Source: Candidatus Woesearchaeota archaeon (GTDB taxonomy: Archaea; Nanobdellota; Nanobdellia; SCGC-AAA011-G17; GW2011-AR20). From it: a stretch of DNA of 64,000 bases. The translations under genes were made by a program, and so were the position numbers. The notes under the pieces are model-generated. The model searched no databases. It saw only the letters and a list, made by a program, of their open reading frames with translations, and was not told where the DNA came from. Every line of letters begins with the position of its first letter. Positions within the stretch are counted from its first letter, which is position 1. Location: contig JAGVYY010000031.1 of NCBI GenBank assembly GCA_018303005.1, positions 24,994 through 88,993 of the forward strand, given 5' to 3'. Shown here in pieces: positions 9,660-17,575 of the stretch.

Positions 9660-9961
9660 ATGGAACAACCAGAATATTTTAAGGGTTTAACAAATAGAGA
9701 TTATGTTCTTTTGCATAATCATCTTACAACACCAGTAGTTATGATGACATAAATAAGGAATTATTAAATTTTCCCCAAGGATCTATAAGGTTTGGGCCTG
9801 CTCTAGACCCAAGGTCGGGGGATTATCACCAAAGTCGGCAAAGATTTTTAATAGGATTATATATAACAAATACCCAATGTAAATCGGTAATTTTATGTGA
9901 CGGTAAACCAATAATATTAGAGGAAGCAATTGAAAAAGCAAAAATAAGTGATGGGATTTAA
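9660..9961 (+). pseudogene. Frameshifted hypothetical gene
   Basis: SD ggag and ATG 9660 (MEQPEYFKG...), stops early; a second frame continues to about 9961. Confidence 0.35.
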
Positions 9962-10493
9962 AAAGATGAAGCAGATAGAAGAAATAAGTGGTATAATTGA
10001 ATCAATGGATGATGATTCATTCTGTAGTTTTGCAAGAGAGCTTCAATATGGATTAAAATGGCATGCAGAAGCATATCAAGCAACACAAGTATCAATCTAT
10101 TTTAATGAATCCCCACATTTTGCAGGAGATATAGTTAAAAAGAATGGAAAACATAAAGAGAGTGTTGAAAAAATTAAAACATCTCCTTTGTACGATATTA
10201 TTAGAAGAGAATTAGCTAGAAGAACGAGTGATAGTGTCGATAATGATTGGGCAGGTTGGATCGATTTTAATAATAGATTTTTAAAATCACGTGAGGATGT
10301 TGATACAATAAATAGCTGTATTAGTAGAATTGTCAAAGGAGTTTATCCATTACAAGGGGTGATTAGGACAGAAAAAGAAAATCAAAGCTCAAAAGAAGCT
10401 AAAGAAAGAATATCAGAATATGGAATTAAAGGTTTCTTTATAGGAGATGCGGATTTAATTGACATTTTCTTTCACCATTACAGACAAAAATAG
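9948..10493 (+). CDS. Hypothetical protein
   Basis: 181-aa ORF, no recognisable motif. Confidence 0.6.
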   Translation: MMGFKKMKQIEEISGIIESMDDDSFCSFARELQYGLKWHAEAYQATQVSIYFNESPHFAGDIVKKNGKHKESVEKIKTSPLYDIIRRELARRTSDSVDNDWAGWIDFNNRFLKSREDVDTINSCISRIVKGVYPLQGVIRTEKENQSSKEAKERISEYGIKGFFIGDADLIDIFFHHYRQK

Positions 10494-10501
10494 GTTTATT
10501 T

Positions 10502-10522
10502 AGAAAGTAGTCTTAATCCATA
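10502..10522 (+). repeat. Half copy (left arm plus spacer) of the dif-like site
   Basis: agaaagtagtcttaatccata vs agaaagtaggcttaatccata at 12080-12100 (20/21). Confidence 0.8.
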
Positions 10523-10576
10523 CAGAAATTTGGATGAGTTAAATATATAAACAAGAATAAAAGGTTAAATTATACA

Positions 10577-10780
10577 ATGCAAATAGAAGTAGCAAAAGAC
10601 ATCTCGGAAAATCTTGAAAGGGCTTCTAAAGAGCTAGGGCTAAATAAAAAAGAGTTAATAACAAGGGCAATAAAATTATACCTTCACAACATAAAAGAAT
10701 ATATAATCTTGAAAGAAGAACTTGAAGCTTGGGAAAGAGCTGGAACAGAGGATCTATTAGCCTTTGAAAATAAGATATGA
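10577..10780 (+). CDS. RHH/CopG antitoxin
   Basis: ISENLERASKELGLNKKELITRAIKLYL; ATGA overlap with toxin. Confidence 0.8.
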   Translation: MQIEVAKDISENLERASKELGLNKKELITRAIKLYLHNIKEYIILKEELEAWERAGTEDLLAFENKI

Positions 10781-11103
10781 AAAAAGGTGAATTATGGGTT
10801 CTAGAACTTCCATTTCTAAATGGAAGAGAACAGAGAGGCACTCGACCGTGTTTAATCCTAGCAGATACGAAAACAGACATGATTGTTGTAATTCCATTAA
10901 CCTCAAATCTTCAAGCTTTAAGATTCCCACATACTGTAGAAATAAAAAAATCTGGAGAAAATAAGCTTGAAAAAGATTCAATAGCACTAATTTTTCAAAT
11001 TCAATCGTTAGATAAAAAGAGATTTATAAATAAAATCGGAGTTTTAGAAGATTATTATTTAAGCAAGGTAGATGAAGTACTAAAAAGATTAATTCAGTTA
11101 TAA
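10777..11103 (+). CDS. PemK/MazF-family toxin
   Basis: KKGELWVLEL...GREQRGTRPCLI...VIPLTS...QIQSLDKKRF. Confidence 0.93.
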   Translation: MKKGELWVLELPFLNGREQRGTRPCLILADTKTDMIVVIPLTSNLQALRFPHTVEIKKSGENKLEKDSIALIFQIQSLDKKRFINKIGVLEDYYLSKVDEVLKRLIQL

Positions 11104-11105
11104 TC

Positions 11106-11185
11106 TTAAAACTTTTAAGCAAAGATAAAATACTAAACTTCTACAATAAAAACTATAAAGTAGTAACAAATCGAAAGGTTTATAA
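11106..11185 (+). repeat. 80-bp intergenic direct repeat, copy 2
   Basis: See 9532-9611. Confidence 0.95.
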
Positions 11186-11207
11186 GAGATGGCTTCTCCT
11201 TTAGAAT

Positions 11208-11957
11208 ATGAATTTGAAAAAATCTTTTAGAAATATTTTAGGAATTACCATAGCATCTACCATTATGTATTTTTCATTAGATTCTAAAATGCAAGATAGT
11301 ATAAAAGATGTTACTCTTATGCCTATCAGAAGACTAGCTTACAGATTTGCATCTCAAACCGAAGCAGGATATCATGATATAGACATAATTCTAGATGCTA
11401 TAGTCTTGGGCGATGGGGATTATCGGGGTTCTTATTATGATTATAATAACCGTGACTATCATGGTGGCCCCAACATTCTAAAGATGTATTTAGGTTTAGA
11501 ACCCATAACTTTAGACAGATCTTTATATAAACCAACATCACTAACAAAGTTTTCAGATGTTCCGCTATACAGTATAAGCAAATATACAAAGTTAGATGAG
11601 TACTTGAATTGGAATACTGATTTTCTAAAGAGAATTTCGGAATTAAAGGAAGGAGAGATAATAAGTGGTGGGATAATTGGTGCTATACATACAAAAATAG
11701 ACCTCGGCAGAGGGCGTACTGTATCAATAGGCAGAGATAAGAAAGGGGCTTATGTTAGTTTATTTGACATATGGGACTTTGATTATTCTGCTGAAAACTG
11801 TGCAAGAGGGGAAAAAGATAAAAATATTCTGTTATTAATTGAGCGTTACTTAATGGATAAAATAGGAAAAAACAAAATCGGTTTCTATGACAGATTCTAT
11901 TTAAATGAAGCAGCCATTCAAAGAGAAGCGGATTCATTACCCCCTCTATCTAAATGA
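11208..11957 (+). CDS. Hypothetical protein with N-terminal signal/anchor
   Basis: 249 aa; basic N-terminus plus hydrophobic ILGITIASTIMYF. Confidence 0.65.
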   Translation: MNLKKSFRNILGITIASTIMYFSLDSKMQDSIKDVTLMPIRRLAYRFASQTEAGYHDIDIILDAIVLGDGDYRGSYYDYNNRDYHGGPNILKMYLGLEPITLDRSLYKPTSLTKFSDVPLYSISKYTKLDEYLNWNTDFLKRISELKEGEIISGGIIGAIHTKIDLGRGRTVSIGRDKKGAYVSLFDIWDFDYSAENCARGEKDKNILLLIERYLMDKIGKNKIGFYDRFYLNEAAIQREADSLPPLSK

Positions 11958-12081
11958 GAGAAATGAAAAAAGTATAGAGTTATATACACCAAATTCGGTA
12001 GATCATAATTTATTGGATTTACTTCAAGAATAGAACACCATAACTCCAATTTTTAATATCATAAAATAAATCTAATATAAG

Positions 12082-12113
12082 AAAGTAGGCTTAATCCATA
12101 TTAAGCCTACTTT
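12082..12113. other. dif-like tyrosine-recombinase site (11-6-11, arms extend to 13 bp)
   Basis: AGTAGGCTTAA-TCCATA-TTAAGCCTACT; Xer-family gene 2.7 kb away; could also act as a terminator between convergent genes. Confidence 0.6.
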
Positions 12114-12129
12114 TAAATTTAAGATATCC

Positions 12130-12660
12130 TTATTTAATTAATAAATCCATATCTTGTAGCTCTTTGTAAACTATCATTATAAACTCGTTCGTTATTCTTA
12201 CTAAATCTTTTTTAGAATAACCCACATTCATAGGTATTCGTTTCAGCTCCTCAGTATTCTTTGTACGATATAGTAACATGATATTGTATCTTCCATCTCT
12301 CCAATCTCTTATCTTACTATCTTCCAATAAATATATTTCAAATCGATAGATTCTCCCATAATAACCTATATTCCCTCCATATTTTAGATGACCAATCTTC
12401 CCCGAAAATTCAAACTTTCCATTTCTAGGCAGACTTTTATTTAGATTTTTTATAATATCTCCCGTCATCTCTTTTATATCTTTATCTAATTTACTTGCAA
12501 ATGTTAACTTTCCAACAAGGCTAAGTTGCTCCTTCCTCTCTCTATCCCAATGATTTTTTTCTGACCAATAAATTTCATCATCTCCCATCTTTTTAAATTT
12601 CTCCCAAAACCATTTACCTCTAAAACTTAAATTCTCTTTATATATATATCTTTCTATCAA
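12130..12660 (-). CDS. Hypothetical protein
   Basis: 176-aa ORF; TTG start lies inside a repeated junction motif. Confidence 0.55.
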   Translation of the reverse strand: MIERYIYKENLSFRGKWFWEKFKKMGDDEIYWSEKNHWDRERKEQLSLVGKLTFASKLDKDIKEMTGDIIKNLNKSLPRNGKFEFSGKIGHLKYGGNIGYYGRIYRFEIYLLEDSKIRDWRDGRYNIMLLYRTKNTEELKRIPMNVGYSKKDLVRITNEFIMIVYKELQDMDLLIK

Positions 12661-12672
12661 ATTCTACTTAAT
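12654..12672 (+). repeat. Junction motif (ct)atcaaa(a)ttctacttaat, copy 1 of 3
   Basis: Also at 13245-13264 and 14785-14803. Confidence 0.8.
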
Positions 12673-12892
12673 TAACAATAACCTCTACAGGCAGTTCATT
12701 AGGTTTTATCTTACTAGAAATAAAGTTTAATTTTTCAAAACCTATAACTTTATTTGTTTTTGGATCTTTTTTTAATATAACTTCCTCTCCAGTTTCCTCA
12801 CTAATAATCTTTCTAGGCTTTTCAAACCATACATCTAATGTATTTCCTTCTCTATCAAAAAATACCATGATTTTATTCATTTTTATTTTCAT
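12668..12892 (-). CDS. DUF2283-like antitoxin partner
   Basis: VFFDREGNTLDVWF...EVILKKD...VIGFE. Confidence 0.8.
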   Translation of the reverse strand: MKIKMNKIMVFFDREGNTLDVWFEKPRKIISEETGEEVILKKDPKTNKVIGFEKLNFISSKIKPNELPVEVIVN

Positions 12893-13193
12893 AAATCAGT
12901 TCTCCTTCTTTAATCCTATCTGTATGATACGTAGTTATAATAAAACTATCATTATTTATATGCTTTGCTACAACTGAAACCCATAATTTTCCATATTTTT
13001 TATAATAAAGATAAACTGAACTATCCTTCTCACTCACCCTTATTTCATCAGGATTCATTAATGTTTCTTTAACCTCTTTCTCTTTATTCTCAATATCCGG
13101 ATGTTTTGTTCTTATTATAAGATTCCATCTATATCTTGTGACTTGAATTCTTTTACCAAATTTAGATATTACTTCAAAATAAACTTCATCCAT
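12873..13193 (-). CDS. DUF4258/RelE-like predicted RNase toxin
   Basis: RWNLIIRTKHP...ETLMNPDEIRVS...VYLYY...FIITTY; paired with DUF2283. Confidence 0.75.
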   Translation of the reverse strand: MDEVYFEVISKFGKRIQVTRYRWNLIIRTKHPDIENKEKEVKETLMNPDEIRVSEKDSSVYLYYKKYGKLWVSVVAKHINNDSFIITTYHTDRIKEGELIYENKNE

Positions 13194-13326
13194 AAATAAT
13201 TAAATAATTCATTCTATATAAGTTTTATTAGTATTATTATCTTACTATCAAAATTCTACTTAATATCACTTAAAGCACCAAAACCCAAATCGGACTTTTA
13301 AATATGTGAAATCACATATCAATGAA

Positions 13327-13551
13327 ATGCCAAATTTAACATTATCAATAACAGAAGAGTTACATGAAAAGATGAAAAGACATTCTGAGATTAGATGGGG
13401 TGATATAGTTAGAAAATCTATTTCTGAGAAAATTGAAGATTTGGAGATTATGGATAGGCTTGCTAAAAAAAGCAAATTGACACAAGCAGATATTGGGGAA
13501 ATATCTCATAAAGTAAACAGAGATATTTTTGAAGAATTAAACAAAAGATGA
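13327..13551 (+). CDS. RHH antitoxin
   Basis: MPNLTLSITEELHEKMKRHSEIRWGDIVRKSI; palindromic operator atatgtga-aa-tcacatat at 13302-13319. Confidence 0.85.
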   Translation: MPNLTLSITEELHEKMKRHSEIRWGDIVRKSISEKIEDLEIMDRLAKKSKLTQADIGEISHKVNRDIFEELNKR

Positions 13552-13949
13552 AAGTTATACTTGATGTAAATATTATCTTGTCAGCTTTGATTCGCGATTC
13601 AACAACAAGAAAGATAATTCTTAATTCTGGGTTGATTTATACTCTCCAGAGCCATCCATGCACAAAATCAGAAAGTACGAGGATTATATTCTAAGAAAAT
13701 CCGGATTGACAGCAGAAGAATATAACAAACTCATGACAACCTTGCTCAAATATGTTAGATTAGTTCCTACTGAAGAAATAGAAAGGAATTGGAATGAAGC
13801 AAAGGAAATAATGGAGCATATAGATAAAGAAGATGTTGTTTTTATAGCAACTGCATTAGGCATCAAAAATTCAGTAGTATGGTCAGATGATAGGCATTTG
13901 AAAGGCAGAATAAGATAAAGATATTAAAAACAGAAGAGATAAGCTTTTA
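13548..13949 (+). pseudogene. PIN-domain toxin with two frameshifts
   Basis: MKVILDVNIILSALI start, shift near 13633 into ORF 13658 (DKEDVVFIATAL, WSDDRH), second shift near 13898. Confidence 0.8.
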
Positions 13950-13994
13950 ATTTTTCTAAAATTTATATTTTCATATATGCTATTAAACTTACTT

Positions 13995-14246
13995 TCATTT
14001 GGAATCTACTTTCTCAATTAGTAACCAATCTCTAATAATAATTCTAATTTCATTGTCCGCCGTTCTAATATTCTCGCCCAAATCAGTTACACTCTTTCGT
14101 AAAAGAATTAATTGGGTACTTAAATTTTTTTGGACCTTTAAGTCTAATGTATCTATCTTCGGTATATCCCTAATCAAAAAATCAATACGAGCCAGTACAA
14201 TGCTATATTGAGAGGATATACTTTCTTTGTTTGCCATAATTTTCAA
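13995..14246 (-). CDS. Hypothetical helical protein
   Basis: 83-aa ORF. Confidence 0.45.
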   Translation of the reverse strand: MKIMANKESISSQYSIVLARIDFLIRDIPKIDTLDLKVQKNLSTQLILLRKSVTDLGENIRTADNEIRIIIRDWLLIEKVDSK

Positions 14247-14324
14247 TTAAATTTTCGATATATATCTCTATTCTCAAAGATATATTTTACAATACATCAT
14301 AACTCGATATCTTCCTGTCAAATT

Positions 14325-14744
14325 TTATAAACTCAAAAAAGCTCTAACAAGCAGTACCATATAAAATAAAGTGATAAAGAAAAATATAATCGATAATATC
14401 AAATAAATCCATACGAATTTAACCCTTCGAGTTTTATAAAATACCCAGAAATATAAGCTCATTATGGCGATAGGACTAATCATAATATTCAAAAAATAAA
14501 CATAAAAGTTGTAACCACCAAAAGCATACAACTTTACAAGTAAAATCGGCATGATAATGAAAATACCAATTAAAAAAGAAGCCATCAATACTATTAATAT
14601 GATTCCAGCATATTTTGTTCCTTTACCTTTATAAATCCCCCAAAGTTTTAATCCACCAATAATAGATAAGATAAGCATAACAAATAATAAAATAATCATT
14701 ATTCCAAAATCAATTTCAGCCATGATTAAAAGATGATTAATCAC
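14325..14744 (-). CDS. Hypothetical membrane protein (about 4 TM)
   Basis: Four hydrophobic segments. Confidence 0.65.
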   Translation of the reverse strand: MINHLLIMAEIDFGIMIILLFVMLILSIIGGLKLWGIYKGKGTKYAGIILIVLMASFLIGIFIIMPILLVKLYAFGGYNFYVYFLNIMISPIAIMSLYFWVFYKTRRVKFVWIYLILSIIFFFITLFYMVLLVRAFLSL

Positions 14745-14806
14745 TTAATAAATTGTTTCATTTAAAAAAACACAAATTAGATAAATCAAAAATTCTACTT
14801 AATCTA

Positions 14807-15643
14807 ATGGAAAAAGAGTTGATATTAGAAAAATTAAGAACAGAACTAACAATACAGGGAAAATCGCAAAAAACAATAGACGCTTATCTATTACATACAC
14901 AAAAATTTCTTGAATTTATAAAGAAAGATTCTTCTAAACTGCAAAAACAAGATATAAAGAATTATTTAGCAGACTTAATGTCAAAAAACTTAAAACCAAA
15001 ATCAATAAACTTAAAACTGTCTACAATACGTTTCCTAAACAGATATATATTAAAAAACCCAAAGTTAATGGAAGATATCAAATCACAAAAAACAGCAGAG
15101 AAGATACCAACCTACCTGACAACTGAAGAAATTCAAAAGTTGCTAGCAACCATTAAAAATTCTAAGCATAAGCTTATGATAGAGATAATGTTAACATCTG
15201 GATTAAGAGTATCGGAGTGTATCAATCTAAAACAACAAGATATTAACGACGACAATACCATAACTGTAAGAGCAGGCAAAGGGAATAAAGACAGGATTAC
15301 AATAATTCCAAGTTCAGTATTACAACATCTGAAGAAGCATATAGAAGAGAGAAAACATGATTCAGATTATGTTTTGTGCAAAAAAAACGGTAATAAACTC
15401 AGTGTAAAATTACCCCAGAAAATCATAAAACAATTAGCAATTAAATCAGGAATCAAGAAGAACATAACACCTCATGTTTTAAGACATTCATTCGCAACCC
15501 ATCTCTTGCATAATGGCACAGATATTCGTTATATTCAAATATTGCTGGGGCATGCACAGATTCAGACAACTCAGATTTATACACACATCTCAAAAGAGCA
15601 GATTAAGCAGATCAAGAATCCCTTCAATGATATGATAAAATAA
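14807..15643 (+). CDS. xerA: XerA/XerC-like tyrosine recombinase
   Basis: SAM-like N-domain (SQKTIDAY), SGLRVSE, GKGNKDR, TPHVLRHSFATH, LLGH, TTQIYTH; no IntI-specific insertion. Confidence 0.92.
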   Translation: MEKELILEKLRTELTIQGKSQKTIDAYLLHTQKFLEFIKKDSSKLQKQDIKNYLADLMSKNLKPKSINLKLSTIRFLNRYILKNPKLMEDIKSQKTAEKIPTYLTTEEIQKLLATIKNSKHKLMIEIMLTSGLRVSECINLKQQDINDDNTITVRAGKGNKDRITIIPSSVLQHLKKHIEERKHDSDYVLCKKNGNKLSVKLPQKIIKQLAIKSGIKKNITPHVLRHSFATHLLHNGTDIRYIQILLGHAQIQTTQIYTHISKEQIKQIKNPFNDMIK

Positions 15644-15714
15644 TCTCAATAAATTATCTCTATTGGACTATAAAATGATAATATTTAAATATATAGCAAT
15701 TATTATACTTCTAA

Positions 15715-15855
15715 ATGAAAAAAAGCCAAAAAAACGTTGAAACACCGAGGCAACAACGTATTAAAGCCAGGCACATATTGTGGATTTTTATTATAATTAT
15801 AATATTGGTAATATTGTGGGCAATCGGAACATATACAAAATTATACCTAAAATAA
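15715..15855 (+). CDS. Small single-TM protein (46 aa)
   Basis: Manual translation MKKSQKNVETPRQQRIKARHILWIFIIIIILVILWAIGTYTKLYLK. Confidence 0.55.
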   Translation: MKKSQKNVETPRQQRIKARHILWIFIIIIILVILWAIGTYTKLYLK

Positions 15856-15939
15856 GAATTTTGATATAGATACCATAATTCAGATAAGTTTAAATATCTG
15901 GTAATAAATATAAATCGTCGATAAAAGGAGGCAAAATAA

Positions 15940-16065
15940 ATGGGAAAAGTAATTTTAAAGAATGCAATACAAAGAAAAGCAGGCCATCTTTATTATGTAG
16001 ACGGCAAAGGTAATGTGTGTGAAGCAGTCATGGCCCGTGGTGGAAAAAGAAAAAGAAAAAAATAA
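15940..16065 (+). CDS. Small basic Cc1-like chromatin/DNA-binding protein (41 aa)
   Basis: SD aggagg; MGKVILKNAIQRKAGHLYYVDGKGNVCEAVMARGGKRKRKK. Confidence 0.65.
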   Translation: MGKVILKNAIQRKAGHLYYVDGKGNVCEAVMARGGKRKRKK

Positions 16066-16368
16066 TTATCTCACAATTTCTCTGAAAAGAGCAAAAATAA
16101 TTTTTTTTGAGATTTTATATTCTCTTAAACCTTTTTTTGTGAGATGATACATTTTTTTTCTACCGATCTGTTTAAACTTAACAAGATTATACATTCTTAA
16201 TCTTTTTAATGTTGGATAAATAGTTCCTGGTGTCAGCTTATTTCCTTTTCTTCTGCCTATAATAAAAGCAAGATCTTCACCACAACAATGTTTTCTCTTT
16301 AGCTCTTTCATTATCTGGAAACTCAATAAGCCTCGAAGATCAATGTATTTTGGTAGTTTCATTTTCAA
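16066..16368 (-). CDS. PadR-family regulator
   Basis: TPGTIYPTLKRL...GRKKMYHLTKKG. Confidence 0.88.
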   Translation of the reverse strand: MKMKLPKYIDLRGLLSFQIMKELKRKHCCGEDLAFIIGRRKGNKLTPGTIYPTLKRLRMYNLVKFKQIGRKKMYHLTKKGLREYKISKKIIFALFREIVR

Positions 16369-16481
16369 TCAATGATTAAAACTTTTAATCATATAGTCAT
16401 ATATTGCACATTCAATATATTTGACATCCAATATATAAACTTTTCCGAGTATTATACTGGAATTATTTTAAAGAATAAAAA

Positions 16482-16898
16482 TCAAAATAATTGAACTTCA
16501 AAATCCTTAAATCTATCATAATTGCTGATATAATTCTCTGAGCTTTTCACATTTTTGAATTGTTTTATCCTGTTATCTACCTTTCCGAAAAAATTTGTCA
16601 GTTTCATTTCAGTTTCATCCAATCTTTGGAAAGAGATTATCTTTAAATTAGCAAGGACATCATTTTTGTCATAAGCAGCATCTTTTTCAGATTCTGTCTT
16701 TTCTTTTTCTTTTATCTCTTTCAGCACCCTTTCAGTCATAATTTCAGGGTTGGATAGCTTATAATGGTTATAATATACCTTACTTTTGCCATTGACCTCA
16801 AAATTTACTCTTAGGTCAAAATCTTTGTCCCTTAATGAAAAGTTAGATGCTCCAATTTTCAATAACTTTATAGCAATATTTTGCATAAACCACTGCAT
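16482..16898 (-). CDS. Hypothetical protein
   Basis: 138-aa ORF. Confidence 0.55.
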   Translation of the reverse strand: MQWFMQNIAIKLLKIGASNFSLRDKDFDLRVNFEVNGKSKVYYNHYKLSNPEIMTERVLKEIKEKEKTESEKDAAYDKNDVLANLKIISFQRLDETEMKLTNFFGKVDNRIKQFKNVKSSENYISNYDRFKDFEVQLF

Positions 16899-16977
16899 TA
16901 TACTTATTGATTTTTAATCTTTTCTATGGAATAATATTAAAAACATTTTTATATACACCAAAATTGAACAGTAAAAT

Positions 16978-17063
16978 GGGTCCGTAGCTCAGCCTGGCCA
17001 GAGCACCTGTGTCTGATGAAACTCTTAATCAGGGTGGCGCGGGTTCAAATCCCGTCGGACTCA
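16978..17063 (+). tRNA. tRNA-Lys(CTT) with 11-nt non-canonical intron (17010-17020, about position 30/31)
   Basis: Cloverleaf restored after removing tgtctgatgaa; anticodon stem cctga/tcagg, loop CT-CTT-AA, T-loop GGTTCAAATCC. Confidence 0.88.
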
Positions 17064-17174
17064 TTCAAATTAAAATAACAGTAGAATAGTTCCTATTATC
17101 AATCAGGAAAATGATAAACCACTAAAAAGAAGAGCCAGAAAAAGAGAAGAAACATTAAGATTATGGATTTTGCA

Positions 17175-17453
17175 TTAAAGCAAGTCTTTAATTCTCTCAA
17201 TATGTTCTGCAATTCTGTTTCCGTTTTCTGTCAGATTTATGGATTTTATTCTTCCATGCTTCTCAAAGTTCACTAACTTAGATCTTTCCATCTCTTGTAG
17301 TATCTTTACGGCATGACTATAAGTACAGTCAACTTCCTTTGCCAAGACGCTTCCATATCTGTTCTTACCACCCTTTCTAAGAGCAACTAACATCATTGCT
17401 GGCTTTTTCCTAAAAAATACCTCAAAGATATCTGTTTTTTTCTTTACCATCAT
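17175..17453 (-). CDS. MarR-like winged-helix protein
   Basis: YGSVLAKEVDCTYSHAVKILQEME...GRIKSINLTENG. Confidence 0.85.
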   Translation of the reverse strand: MMVKKKTDIFEVFFRKKPAMMLVALRKGGKNRYGSVLAKEVDCTYSHAVKILQEMERSKLVNFEKHGRIKSINLTENGNRIAEHIERIKDLL

Positions 17454-17575
17454 ATACCATGGACTGATAATACTAATATTTAAATGTTTTGATTAAAACT
17501 ATAGTTTTAAAGATAACCTTTAATATATATAAGCTTATGGTAAGGTTTATATAAATAAACTAAAGAAATTTACAA

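Noticed and set aside
9532-11185. CRISPR array from the repeats
   Set aside because: Only two full copies 1.57 kb apart, no regular spacers, no cas genes.
14807-15643. Classical integron integrase IntI
   Set aside because: Lacks the IntI-specific insertion before HxLRH, and no RYYYAAC...GTTRRRY attC sites were found by eye.
17013-17022. CTGATGA/GAAAC hammerhead-like core
   Set aside because: The two motifs overlap with no stem II; the sequence is explained as a tRNA-Lys intron.
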